Shown in pieces: positions 35,810-47,448 of a stretch of DNA of 64,000 nt; the first letter of the stretch is position 1, and each line of letters starts with the position of its first letter. The notes under the pieces are model-generated. The model searched no databases. It worked only from the letters and a program-made list of their open reading frames with translations, and was not told where the DNA came from. The DNA is from Diplonema japonicum (lineage: Eukaryota > Protista > Euglenozoa: Diplonemea): NCBI GenBank assembly GCA_964019335.1, contig OZ025672.1:186001-250000 (forward strand), read 5' to 3'. Position numbers and translations under genes: made by a program.

Positions 35810-36232
35810 ATTTACTATGATAGGAAACGAAGTGGTTGGCAACGGCCCGCCGAAAAAGAAAGAAGAGGGGGAGGGGGGGGGGGGGGGAGAGAAAGAACGA
35901 AAAAAAGGGCTTTACGGTCTCTTCACTTCGTCCCACTTTATCACCGCCATCTTCTCCAATGGGGGGGGGGGGGGGACATGATGCCAATAAGTACCGTCTT
36001 TGTCTGAACGAGGGGGAGAAAAAAAATGCCCCGCCCTCCCGGAAAAAAAAAACCCTGTTTAAAAAAAAAAAATCGCAAGTGCTTTTAAAATAAAAGAAAT
36101 AATAATAATAACAATAATAATAATAATAACAAGTGTTGGTGGCGCCTCGCACAAGAACTGCAGCTTCTTCTGCATTCCGCGTCGTGTCCTTAAAATGCAG
36201 TTTGCTGCCTGTTCGTCACCTAAAGAGCATCC
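35810..36232 (+). repeat. Repeat family R1, internally deleted copy
   Basis: Upstream module at 35810-35851. Core pieces GTGTTGGTGGCGCCTCGCACAAGAACTG / CCGCGTCGTGTCCTTAA / GCAGTTTGCTGCCTGTTCGTCACC at 36133-36221. Confidence 0.8.
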
Positions 36233-36322
36233 TTGATCAAAAAAAAAAAAATATATAATATAATATTATATATATTAACAACGAATAGCGAAAAGGCTCT
36301 TATGTCACCCTCCCGAGGCGGC

Positions 36323-36369
<47 letters not shown>

Positions 36370-36427
36370 AGAAAGAAGAATGACTTTGGTTGCTTATAAA
36401 TCGCCTGGCGTACAAGCAACTGCAGGC

Positions 36428-36735
36428 ACAGTCTACTTGATTACAGGGGGTGCTCCTCGGTCGAGCAGTAGCTTCTTCTGCGTTCCGCGTCGTGTCCTTA
36501 ATGCGTGCGGTGTACAGCTCAACCCTAGCCGGAGCGCCCCGGGTAACCAAGATTCTGCGCTCGTGCAGTTTGCTGCCTGTTCGTCACCCTGAGCATCTGC
36601 AATACATTCTTCCACTCGGGCGCTACCGGTGATGACCTACGAGGAGGTCAACAGCGAACAACATCTGATGTACTTCTTATATTTCCATGTTATCCCCACC
36701 ACCAAAGAAGAAGAAGAACCTCATCAGGCGTGGAG
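36428..36735 (+). repeat. Repeat family R1, core copy
   Basis: GTCTACTTGATTACAGGGGG...GTTATCCCCACCACC is colinear with the 3697 copy, with scattered substitutions. A short fragment also lies at 37288-37335. Confidence 0.9.
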
Positions 36736-38312
36736 AAGGGTGTTTTAATACTATTATACCCAAGCCGCTATGGCAGGTGGCTACTTTGGGCTGGCGGAAA
36801 GTTTTTTTTTTTTTTTTTAATGTCGCCAGCACACTTTTCTTTACGCCGCCGTGGGGGGGTGGAAGAAGTGATCAAATTAGCCTTTACAAGTTAAGCAACA
36901 TATTTTGTGATCGTTGCCTTGGCTGAATTTTCTTCTTTTTTTTTTTTTTAAAAAGCTCTCCTCAATTCTTTTTTTTTCATGCACATTAGGGTTGAGGAGG
37001 GGGACGGGGGGGGGGGGGGGGATTTAGCTATTCCCGTACCTGCTTGTCCCTCTCCCCTAATTCAAACCGAGCACTACGCAAATAAACGGGGGGGGGGGGG
37101 GAGAGAGAGGTGTACTGAATGAAGTTAAATTGAGAAGAGGGGGAAAAAAGGAGGGGGGGGGGGGGGGTGTCAGGTTTTGGAACTGTGTTCTCGCTATGAA
37201 AGAATGAAAAGAAAGGCAAAAAAAAAAGAGGGGGGGAAACGGGGAGGAGGTGATTTTTTAAATTTTATTTTGGGTGGAGTGCTAACTTGACCGACGAGGA
37301 GGTCAACAGCGAACAACATCTGATGTACTTCTTTATATCTCTCTATGGTACCTCATTACTTTAAAAAAAAAAAAAAAGCTAAGGTCACTGCAGCATGTCC
37401 CCGAGCTTAAGGGTCAAAGTTAGCAATTTGTATTTTCTGTAACCCTTCATGCTGCGAACTGTCTTTTTTTTTTTTTTTCCCCCTCTCCTCCCGTAATAAT
37501 AAGAGTCAAATAACAAAGTGGAGGAGAAGAAAAAAAAAAGAAAACTGTGCACCCTACTCGCGCTTTCAGGCTCAGCATCGAAGATATTTTCCATTTCAAA
37601 AATGTAAGAGCGGTGAAGCGTGTGGTGGGAGAGAACTGTTAACACTTTATAAAATAATTTGTCAAAAAAAAAAGGGGGAAGGGAACCAGACAAAAATTCT
37701 TTTATTTTGTGCAGTGTGTGAACTTCTTCTTTTCTTTTTTTTACTGGTAACCATAAACAAGTGTTTCTGTTCATCATAAAATATAAAAAGTACTTTTTTA
37801 TGATGAAAGGGGAGGGTCCCCCCCCATCACCTTGCCAGTACATTTCACTTTACTGTAAAGTAAAATAATCATCTCTCTTTTTCTTTCTTTTTTTTCTTTT
37901 TTCTTTTTAAAAGGCACATTACGTTTCAATATTTCTTTTTTGAAAAAAAAAAATAACGTTATTACAAACTGTGTAGTAATTCTTTTTTTTTTCTTTTTTT
38001 TTCTCCCTTCTCTTCTTTCTCTTTTCCTTCCACAGTCAACGGGCCAAAAATATTCTCCCTTTTCTGAGGGTTCCCCCCCTCATATTGGGTCAAGCCAATA
38101 TCCCTAAAAGGGTATTTATTTTCTTTTTTTTTTCTCTTTTTATTTCATAGTTTTTGCTTCCTTCTACAGGTACCCGTTTTACGTTAACAAACCCCAGGCG
38201 ATTTTCATCCCCCCCCCCCCCCCCCCCCTTGTGTTTGAAAGGGTTATATTCAGTATACTGTAAACAAAACCAAAAAAAATTTAAAAAAAAAAAATATAAG
38301 AGATAAAGAAAT

Positions 38313-38529
38313 CCGGTGGTGGCGCCCTGCACAGAAATGTCTACTTGATTACAGGGGTCGCCGCACCTCGGTCGAGCTATGCTTTTTCGGCATTAGCCGG
38401 GGGGGCGGGGGGGGGGGCGAGTAACCAAGATTCTGAGCTCGTGCAGTTTGCTGCCTGTTCGTCACCCTGAGCATCTGCAATACATTCTTCCACTGGGATG
38501 CTACCGGTGATGACCGACGAGGAGGTCAA
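38313..38529 (+). repeat. Repeat family R1, degenerate copy
   Basis: GGTGGCGCCCTGCACAG, GTCTACTTGATTACAGGGG and GTAACCAAGATTCTG...GAGGAGGTCAA. The middle is replaced by a poly(G) run. Confidence 0.85.
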
Positions 38530-39512
38530 AAAAAAATGCGAACTAATGCAAAAAACAAAAGATTTTGTTTACAATATTTGGGATATTGGAACTAGGGGGG
38601 GGGGGGGGGGGGGCAAAGGGGATAAGATCGGTAAAAGGCTATAACATCCAGCTGGCGGTTGCAGCCCCCTCCCCCTCTCCCATTTATATTTCTTTTTTGT
38701 TTCACCACTTCTTTTAAGGGAGAGGAATAAGAAAGGCAAACACGCCAAAAGAGGAAGAAGAAAAAAGAGCCGTTTTTTGATTCTCTCCTCCCTTTTTTTT
38801 CCCCTTACCAGTTTTCTTTTTTTTTTTTTTTTTTTTTTTTTTTGTTGTGTGAACAAAGAATAACGCCGACTCTTGCTGACACTTCAAAGAAAGCCAAGTC
38901 AATATACCGGTTTTAAACATATAGGGGTGAAGAGGGGAAAGGGAGAAACGATTTCTTGGATAAAACCTATTTGGGGGGGCAGGGGGAGAAGAAGGAAAAC
39001 AACAACAAAGAAGAAACTAATATATGGGTTTTTTTTCCCCCTGTTTTTACTACTAAAATATCCCTTACGCTCTTCAAGGTTTTTTTACCTAGAAGAAAAT
39101 AGAAACCACGCGTTATCCCCAGTGGGCCCTTGTTTTTGAATAAAAAGGTGAATTTCTTGACATCTTTATTGGGCACTAAGTGACTTCTTTCTTTACGGAG
39201 GGGAATAAAAAAAAGGAGGAAAACAAAGGGGAGGCCTTAATGTAAGCCGTCCCTCTTCTTCGCCACAAAAAAAACTTTTTTTTTCGACCCTTTTTTTTCT
39301 TTTCCCCCCTCCTTTCCTTTTGTCTCTACAAAAAAACCACTCGGGAAAGGAGTGTCACAGAGCACAAAAAAAAAAAAAAGCCCATGTACCATCTGATAGC
39401 GTGCTGTGACAGCGTCACAAAAATTTATTCGTGAATTTTCCAAAAAAAAAAAAAAAATGACACTCAAAGAAAAAAAAAATAATAAGTTCCCATTTTCTTT
39501 CCCCCCCCCCCC

Positions 39513-41123
39513 CTATGGTTCTTGCGGTCCTTCAGGTTTTGGGTGGTTGAAGAAAATTATGGTGACAGCGATATTGTCAGAGGTACCAGCTGCAAGGGCC
39601 TCGGAGACCAAAGCTTCACCAATCACTGAATAATCCATGAAGGCACACCTCTCATCATCCTCTGCACAATCTTCGGCCTCTCCTTGGAAGCCATCTGAGA
39701 ACGAAGAATCAGTATCGTAGCAGTGGGAAAAAGCATGCCTCAAGGCCGGCGGCGTCGACGTAGGCACTGGAGGATATTTCTCCCCCTGTTCCTTTCCGGT
39801 CCCTCCAGTTTCCCCATCGCCACTGCTTTTGACTCCCTTTTTGCTGACGCACGCTGAAAGAACGGTTGCCTCCCTGATCCCTGCTTCGATCTCTTTACGA
39901 GCATCCCTGACGACCCGTCCTACTTCGTCTACGGACATGACGTCCCACAACCCATCTGTTGCCAGTACTACAAATTCGTCGGTTTCTTGTAAACTATGCC
40001 GCCAGACGTCAGGAACGGCTGTTAAAACCTTTGCAGACGGACGGAAACCGATTGTTCTGGTTACCCGTATCTGACCGTTGATCCTAGTGACTCCACCGAT
40101 GTTGATGACCTCAGCACCCAGGTCTGTTAGCCGCCGGACCTCTTCCTTGTTGTTGATGTGGTGGTTCCCTGATAGTGTGGCGGGGCACCCTTCTCGTTTG
40201 TAAAGAACCGCCATGGAATCTCCTACGTTCGCTACCGTTAGCTGGTTGCCCAGGATGACCGCTACGGTAGCTGTGGTGCCGGAGTTGTTCATCGTGGAGT
40301 TCGCGCGTGTTAAGAAGTTTTCAGATGTTTTTAAAAAGGCTTCTTTCAAAGCTTTTTCGACGTTGTGCGGGTAGGCGGGTGATCGGACAAGGTGGTGGTG
40401 CAGGTGCCCTCTTGCGTATACCGCTGCCTCCTTGCCCATGTGACCGTCAAAAACTGCTGTGAAAACCTCAGTGGTTTCGACCCATTTGTTTTTGTCCCCA
40501 GAACATAATTCAGGGTGGTCCAGACGGTCGTCCCAGACAACCTGCGGGGTGTCCGTGAACATGTTTGAAATGCTCGTGATTAATTGAGTTCGGTCTTCCA
40601 TTGTCGGCCGGACGCCTTTGTCAGAGTGCTGCGAGATTTCGACAAATCTCCGGATAGTGTTTGTTTCGTTTGTGCAAGCGGGTTGAACATATAGTTTCGG
40701 GTCTGACTTTTCACTAGAAAGCTTGACTTTTAATCTTATTGTGAATGAGGAGATGTCGTCTTCCATGAAAGAAGCCAGTTCATCGCAGCACCACAGAGAC
40801 GGCATGTAACTTGAGCAAAGGGTTTCCTTACTCCCCTCGGCTCTTACCAGAAGAGAGTCTACTATTTTCTTAAACACGACAATCTCGTTCAGAGGGATTT
40901 GTGAGACCTGTATCTTCTTCCCCAGAAGGGACCACGCCAACGACCGTGTTCTGTCCTTCATTTCATCATCTGTGCACGTATTTCCTATCAGTGCCGTGTC
41001 CTTCTTCCTCATCGACCCCAAGCGGAAGCTGCCTGGACCCCTTTCTAAGGGCCGGCTGGCTGCTGATGAATCATTTGAAGGGGTCGGGCTTACAACGCTA
41101 CGCTCGCTTTTGACATCCGTCAT
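39513..41123 (-). CDS. PP2C/PPM protein phosphatase (536 aa)
   Basis: GVRPTMED, FDGHMG, SGTTA, ANVGDS, LATDGLWD and GTSDNI: all metal-binding Asp motifs are present. Low-complexity insert before the last motif. Confidence 0.93.
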   Translation of the reverse strand: MTDVKSERSVVSPTPSNDSSAASRPLERGPGSFRLGSMRKKDTALIGNTCTDDEMKDRTRSLAWSLLGKKIQVSQIPLNEIVVFKKIVDSLLVRAEGSKETLCSSYMPSLWCCDELASFMEDDISSFTIRLKVKLSSEKSDPKLYVQPACTNETNTIRRFVEISQHSDKGVRPTMEDRTQLITSISNMFTDTPQVVWDDRLDHPELCSGDKNKWVETTEVFTAVFDGHMGKEAAVYARGHLHHHLVRSPAYPHNVEKALKEAFLKTSENFLTRANSTMNNSGTTATVAVILGNQLTVANVGDSMAVLYKREGCPATLSGNHHINNKEEVRRLTDLGAEVINIGGVTRINGQIRVTRTIGFRPSAKVLTAVPDVWRHSLQETDEFVVLATDGLWDVMSVDEVGRVVRDARKEIEAGIREATVLSACVSKKGVKSSGDGETGGTGKEQGEKYPPVPTSTPPALRHAFSHCYDTDSSFSDGFQGEAEDCAEDDERCAFMDYSVIGEALVSEALAAGTSDNIAVTIIFFNHPKPEGPQEP

Positions 41124-41360
41124 TTAAAAGAAGAGGGGGAAAAAAAAAAAAGGAAAGGGGGGAGGGGAGAATTGGGTGGAGAATAAAAAAAAAAAAAAGG
41201 ATGAATAAAAAAAAAAGTTCTTTTTTTTGGTGTTTTTTTTTTTTCTTCTTCTTTTTTTTTTTCTCTCTCTTTTTTTTTTTTTTTTTTTTTCTTCTATCCC
41301 CACCCTCTGTCCTGTGGTGATCTTGATCATGATAAAAAAAAAAGAAGAAATTTGTTTTAA

Positions 41361-42680
41361 CCCATAAAGGACCGGAGCTGAATATTCAGCTAAAAATTTT
41401 TTTTTTAATTCTGCTCAGGCATTTTTAGTGCTCTGCATGCCCACTCTTTAAAGAAGGGTCCTATTGCGCGACTTTTTTTATACTGAACGCTATATCGTAA
41501 ATTTTTGCATCCAAACTGCAAGGGGAGAAAAGAAATAGTGGCACAGACATTGTTTTTTTTACACCCCATAAGGAGTAGTGCTGAAAGTACTTCTGAAGAA
41601 GGGTCAGTGTCACCGGATGATGGGGATATCCCGGATATGGAATGGGATGACAAAATCGAGAAGGTGGGGAGGAAAATATTTCGCAAGGTGCCAGGTCCAA
41701 GTGTACCAGTAGTGGGTCTCAACGGGCTGGAGGTTTTTCCTTTGTTTTTGATAGGGCAACCCTCCAGCAGGGGGTTTGTCATGTACTTTGAGTTGTTTTT
41801 CACTCCTGCGGCTCTAAAAGGCTATCGTGGGGTGGGCAGCAAGCCATTCGAGTGGTATAGAGGCCTTTGGATACTTAAAGGGCTCATAATCAAGACAGAT
41901 ATCAAGGTCTACTGGGCACAGGATGAACTCATAGATACCCCATATTCACTATATTTCAGAACGGTAATGGAGAGAAACAGGCTCCTAAAAATAATGCGCC
42001 AAATGCGGTTTGGGTTGCCCGCTGGTGGAGGAGAAGGAGACACAATGGCTAAAGGGCGCAATCTTATAAATCTTGTGGTTCCTTCTTGGTCATCCCTGTA
42101 TGTACCCAAGCGAAACCTTGCTGTGGATGAACCATCATACGCTGTAGAAGCCGTGTCGGGTTCATTGTTTGTGAGCCGAAGAAGAGGAAGCGTTATGGGT
42201 TCAAAATGCGATTCAGACAGGTTACACTCTAAACATGATTGTTTGTACCGGCACGGGCACCCGGGGGCAGAGCTGCTCACCGAATACCAGCACCAGAATT
42301 ACTGGATTGTCTTTGACAACTGCTTTCGCTTGTCCCATTGTTGATACGGATTTACAATGCGGATTTCCACTGCATGGGGACCATCAGGAAAACCCGGAAA
42401 TTGCTCCCAGAATACCCATTCAGTGTCAGCAAGTGTGTGGCAAAGAAATCTTGTCAAACAACATCATCGCAAAAGGGTGGCACCCACATCAAGCGTTCCC
42501 CACCGGAGCCGAAGATACCTACCCCTCAGGGTGCACCTTCACGTACCAAGGGTGTACCTTCAATGTGTCCTGAAAAGATGCAAAAGGCACGGAATTGCAC
42601 TGTGTGCAACAAACTAGAGAAAAAACGCACCCAGGCCATGTTCTCATGCAGAGATTGCAGCGCAGCAATGAATAAAATAA
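41361..42680 (+). mobile_element. Degenerate piggyBac element, right end not found
   Basis: TTAA (41357-41360) followed by CCCATAAAGGACCGG. Frameshifted transposase remnants VMERNRL..IMRQMRF, YVPKRNLAVDE, WIVFDN, GTIRKTRK and the Cys-rich RNCTVC...MFSCRDC. Confidence 0.85.
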
Positions 42681-42752
42681 AATAAAATAAAATAAAGCCC
42701 TGATAAAGACTGTACTTTTTCAAAAAAAAAAAAAAAAGAATCTAACTTCACC

Positions 42753-42783
<31 letters not shown>

Positions 42784-42791
42784 TTTCTTCC

Positions 42792-44453
42792 TCACATGAT
42801 CACGCAATCGTCTTCTACATCGTGATTTTCAGGATCGACACGCCCGGATTGTCTTTTCACGGCGATTGATTTTTGCACGACACGTAAAACACACTGCATA
42901 GCATCTTGCGTGCGCATCACTAAGGTTTCCAAAGGAACGCCAGCGGTCCGTGCATGCTGTTCATCATCTGACTCCGGGTTGCAAAATAGAGGCTCGGGGG
43001 TGTTTGGTATTGAAGCAAGCCAAATAAGGTCCGAGAGCAGCCTGGTAAGACACCATCTGACATTTTCCTCTCGCTGAATAAGAGCATCTCGTTCAGTATC
43101 TGACATAGTGTGCTGTGGGAGAAGCTGCTTCAGCACAGACACCTCATCCTGCAGGCTCAGGATCGCGACGCTTTTTGTGGTTAAAATCTTTTTGTACTCC
43201 CTGTCCCTGTCCCCCTCTTCTTCCCTCACATTTGATATTTCGGTCAGCGCAGCGTCTAGTTCGTCACGCAAATTGTTGATAATCGCGTCCTTTTGTTGTG
43301 TTGTTCTGGTGAGGGTCTTCGCTTTATCAAGGAGGTCGCCTCGCAGCTTCGACACCACCAAGCTCATTTCGTCGCGTGTTTGTTTGAAATTTTCAATTTG
43401 CGTTTCAAGGGTTTTGACACATGCTGTCTGTGCATGGAGAAGCCGGTCTTTTTCGCGAAGGGTGATGTTGTGTGCTTTGGTGTCCGTCGTCCGGCCTTCC
43501 TTTTCGGAAAGGACGTTTTCCCGTAGCGTTTCGATTTCTTCGAGAAATTCCTGTCGAGATGTGGTATTTTCCTGTTCAAGTTCCTTGAACCGAGGTTCCC
43601 ACCCGGCACGTTGTCTTTCATACGCACGGCGAGATTCTGTGAGAACTTCATTCGCATGGGACAGCTGTTTTACTATGTCATCCTTTTCCGACAGTGTGTC
43701 TTGCAGTGTTGAGAGGTTTTCCGCATTTTCTTTCATCGCCTCGGCCAGTTTGGTTTTGAACTTCTCCTCCATCGTGTTCATAGTGTCGATCAACGCTTTG
43801 TTGGCGGTGGTTTTTTCGGATACTTTCTGTATCGTGCTGGAAAGCTCGTGTTTTAAAGCCTCGTTTGCTTGCGTTGCTGCGAGAAGTCTGCTGGTTTGCC
43901 CTTGGATCACAACATTTGTATCAGCGGAAGCCAACGCGTATTTCGCCTCCATTTCCAACCTCCCGTTCCGCAGCTCTGCGATTCTGTTGTGAAGGTTCTG
44001 CTTTTCACCTTCAAACTCAGCCCTCTCCTCGCACCACCATTCGCTTTTCCCTTCCAACATCTTGTTCAAATCCCCACATTCCCGCTGCCATTTCTCCGCT
44101 TCGTGTTTCCACTCTCCAAGTTCATCTTTGACCGCTTTCAGTTTCCCCTCAAGCCCGGTGATACGGGCTTCTTGTTCTATCATTGCCAAGTGCATCGATG
44201 TGATTTTCTTCCGGCAGGTTTTCACCATGGCGTCATCGGTAGGCAATGTTAGTTCGCCCTCGGTAGTGTGCAATGCAGGTGTTGGGTGCGATGCCTTCGG
44301 TGTGTTCACCAATGCGGAACCGGTGGGCCTTCGAGATGACAGTGACCTTTGATAGTCCTCCACGGGTTCGGACTTGTAAGGAATGTCAACCTCAAAAAGG
44401 TGCGAGCGGAGAAACTGCGGTGAAGAGGACGACGACTGTGGTGTGATCGACAT
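42792..44453 (-). CDS. Long coiled-coil protein of unknown function (553 aa)
   Basis: Uninterrupted E/K/L-rich heptad sequence from MSITPQSSS. The ORF extension upstream is homopolymer spacer or overlaps the next gene. Ends in CVIM, a CaaX-type prenylation motif. Confidence 0.8.
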   Translation of the reverse strand: MSITPQSSSSSPQFLRSHLFEVDIPYKSEPVEDYQRSLSSRRPTGSALVNTPKASHPTPALHTTEGELTLPTDDAMVKTCRKKITSMHLAMIEQEARITGLEGKLKAVKDELGEWKHEAEKWQRECGDLNKMLEGKSEWWCEERAEFEGEKQNLHNRIAELRNGRLEMEAKYALASADTNVVIQGQTSRLLAATQANEALKHELSSTIQKVSEKTTANKALIDTMNTMEEKFKTKLAEAMKENAENLSTLQDTLSEKDDIVKQLSHANEVLTESRRAYERQRAGWEPRFKELEQENTTSRQEFLEEIETLRENVLSEKEGRTTDTKAHNITLREKDRLLHAQTACVKTLETQIENFKQTRDEMSLVVSKLRGDLLDKAKTLTRTTQQKDAIINNLRDELDAALTEISNVREEEGDRDREYKKILTTKSVAILSLQDEVSVLKQLLPQHTMSDTERDALIQREENVRWCLTRLLSDLIWLASIPNTPEPLFCNPESDDEQHARTAGVPLETLVMRTQDAMQCVLRVVQKSIAVKRQSGRVDPENHDVEDDCVIM

Positions 44454-44569
44454 TTCCTCCCCCTCTCCTGAAAAAAAAATCTTTTTTTTTAAAAACGACC
44501 AGGGGGGGGGGGGGGAAGAAAAAAGAAAAAAAAAAAGTGTAACAACGGGATGGGGAAGAAAACAAAAGG

Positions 44570-45136
44570 TTACTGTTTCTTTCCCACTACTTCTTCTTCG
44601 AGCACTACGAGAGGCTTCTTCCGTTTTAATGACCGGTTTGCCAAGTAAGATACAATCGGGAGATATATGAGGTCTACCAGCTTGTCCACAACTATCCAGT
44701 ACTCCATGGGAATGAAGGTGAACATCAAAATGTCCTCCGGTATCCATATCAATAACGATACCAAGGTTAAAGGGCCGATCTCTTTGCTGGCGACTGCTGG
44801 TGCAGAAGCGAAGGAGCCCGTGGCCAGTGCTGTGTTGATACAGAGGACGATGAAGTAGTAGGGAATGGACTCAATGTTGTCGACGATAGCTTTCATGGTA
44901 ACCGTCTTCAGACCTGTGGAGGGGTACGCCCAGTCCAGCACGTGGTACCAAGCAGACAAGTAATGCACAGAGAAAACCCCCAACACCCCCATTCGGGCGG
45001 TACGGGCCCAGTCATACTCCTCTTCTTCGTCTTCTTTCACCTCTTTTTCAACAATTTGAGCACAACCATCCGCCATGCACATCATAGTCACGCTTGCCAC
45101 GATGTTCCCTAACAACGACAGCACGAGGTGATGCAT
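44570..45136 (-). CDS. Mpv17/PMP22 family membrane protein (188 aa)
   Basis: AD..AQ..E, YDWARTARM..G, WYHVLD..YP, K..VD and W.P....F..IP patterns of the family. Confidence 0.85.
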   Translation of the reverse strand: MHHLVLSLLGNIVASVTMMCMADGCAQIVEKEVKEDEEEEYDWARTARMGVLGVFSVHYLSAWYHVLDWAYPSTGLKTVTMKAIVDNIESIPYYFIVLCINTALATGSFASAPAVASKEIGPLTLVSLLIWIPEDILMFTFIPMEYWIVVDKLVDLIYLPIVSYLANRSLKRKKPLVVLEEEVVGKKQ

Positions 45137-45260
45137 TCTTTCCGCCCTCTTTTTTTTTTTTTTTTTTTTTTTTTTCCTTCTTTTTTGGCCGCAGAAAAAA
45201 AAAAAAAAAAAGAAGAAGAGTATAATAATTTTGTTGGCAATCCAACAATTTCTCTCCCCC

Positions 45261-47343
45261 CTAATCCTCATCGCTCGGGAAGTCGAACGGATCGATTATG
45301 CCCCTCACCAGCGGGGCGTTTTTCGGTTTGTTTTTCAAATTGTTTATCTTCGTTGCCACGGGCAATAGGTTAACATTGCTGTTCCCGTTCTTCCTGTTGT
45401 GCTTTTGTTTGGCAACCGTTCTGGTTTTCTGCCGCCTTCCAGGGTGGTCGGCTTGCAGTTCAATGAGATCCTCATACTGCACTTCATGGTCGGCCTGTGA
45501 AAGATGGAGCTGCCCTTGTATTTTCTCCTCGAAGGGCTTGAGGTGGATGGTTTCATTGTACCCCGGGTGTTTTTGCTTGACAAAGTTGTACGCCCCCTTT
45601 CCGTCCTTGCCCCAATCGGCGTAACACGGCCATCGTTTGTCCAATCTTTCTTTTCTCACCAAGCCCATCATAGCTACGGCTACTCCGTCTACCACGTCGC
45701 TGTATTTTTCTTTTTTCACGTTGTCATTCTCATTCAAAATAACCGAAGATAATTTGACGGGTTCATCTTTGCATGGTAATGGGTGATTGGCAACTGATGA
45801 TGCGGGTTCTTCCTTTGGTTCGAGAAGTTCATGGTTGGTCTCAGAAACCTTTTGTTTCTTTTTTTTTTTTGCCTTGGACGGGTCTGTAAAATGCCGCAGC
45901 AGATCCATGTCGTCATCCAACTATTTTTTTTTATATTTTTTTTACTTTCCCCTTCTTTTTTTTTAATACCTCAGCCTGGGATAAATCGAGCATCTCGTTG
46001 AAATTCACGACGGAACTAGACTTTCTTTTCAGGCCCTGTTCCTGTTCTGGCGAAGCACCTGCATCTGCATCTGGAGACAGGGATACTATAGACTGTTTTC
46101 TTCCCCCTTCATCGTTCGTATCGATCTCAAGCACGTTAGAAGCCTCCGCTGCGTCAAGGTCGACAACATCAACATCAACCCCTTTAGGCGTGGGCAGAGA
46201 CGGTGTGTTCTCCGGGATAACAATCTCAGCTTCAACCGACTGCGGGGCGAGTGACAGGGATCCAATGATGTCGCCTTTCGTCAGCGATCTATCGAGAAGA
46301 CCAAGCTGCGTTGTGGCCGATGTATTTGAACGACTGAGATTCTGGGTATCGAGGAGATTCTGAGGCGGCGGTTTCACCCTTCTAAAGCAATCGGGGGTAG
46401 CGGCTAGGAGAGAACCCAAAATGGCTGTCTGATCGAAAACTGTGAAACCCATTTTCCTGCATGTCTCGGCAGCGACAGATCTCATCGTTTTGTCATCGAT
46501 CACAATACCGTCTTGGTATCTAATGAAGAAAGCGGACCTGGATTTCTGATTTGAAAAATCGATGTTGGACCCGTCGACAGAAAGGCCCTTGCAGTATGTG
46601 ATGACCTCCTTGTTGCTGAGGTATGAAGATGAGTCGAGAAAAACAAACACAATGTCCTTGAAAAGCTGTTGTCGAAGCGGGTTGCACTCAAACGTTCTCT
46701 CTGTTACGTTCTGGTGAGACTTCACCCATATCTCGGCAGGCGGGGGTGTGAACGTCACTGCAGGAGGCGGGGGTGTTCTTGTTGTGTTACGATTCGCCAA
46801 GCTTGACACCCATTCACGGGTAACCATTGGTATTCCCAACGCCAAAGCACCTATTGTCACAGAGGAAGGTTGAATGATATCGGTGATGACATGTGAAGCA
46901 AATGTCAGGCTGGTTGTTATGTGTGCTCCTATTGTCGTGAGGTCCTTTCTCAGAATCGCTTTTGTCTCTGTGCTTGTCTTCGACAGGCACACAACGACGT
47001 CCCACCACATCAGCTTGAAGACACTGTTGAACACGCCGAAGGTCACCTCGTCGCCTTCTTCCACAAGCTCGCCTTCTTTCTTGCTGACTGCTCCTCCGTT
47101 TAGTTTCGTGCCGTATGTGCTTTTATCCATCACATACACCTCTGGTCTGCTGCTTCTGTCTTTCAAATCGTAAACATCAAGAACTTTTACATCAGCGTGT
47201 CCCCTGCTTATCGATTTATCATTGTCTACCAGTATGTCGCACTCGCCTTCCTTTCTCCCTACAAGATACTTCATCCCCGTGCACAGCCAGTACTGAAGGG
47301 GCGGGGAACCCTCTGGGGGTGTTGTCTGCACTAACATCCACAT
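45261..47343 (-). CDS. NBS1: Nibrin/NBS1 (MRN complex), ~677 aa
   Basis: N-terminal FHA MWML...YLVGRK..CDILVDNDKSISRGHA..DKSTYGT, then a BRCT-like region. Predicted intron 45921-45969 (GTATT...TAG, phase 0) fuses ORF 45261-45920, which has YNFVKQKHPG (Mre11-binding-like) and a terminal DPFDF (FxF/Y ATM-binding-like). Confidence 0.85.
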
Positions 47344-47448
47344 CCTCCCCCTTGGTTTCCCACCTTTTTTTTTTTCTTTTGTATGGGATACGGGGATTTG
47401 ATAGGGCAAAAAAAAAAAAAAAAAAAAAAGAAAACTGAGGACGAAGTA

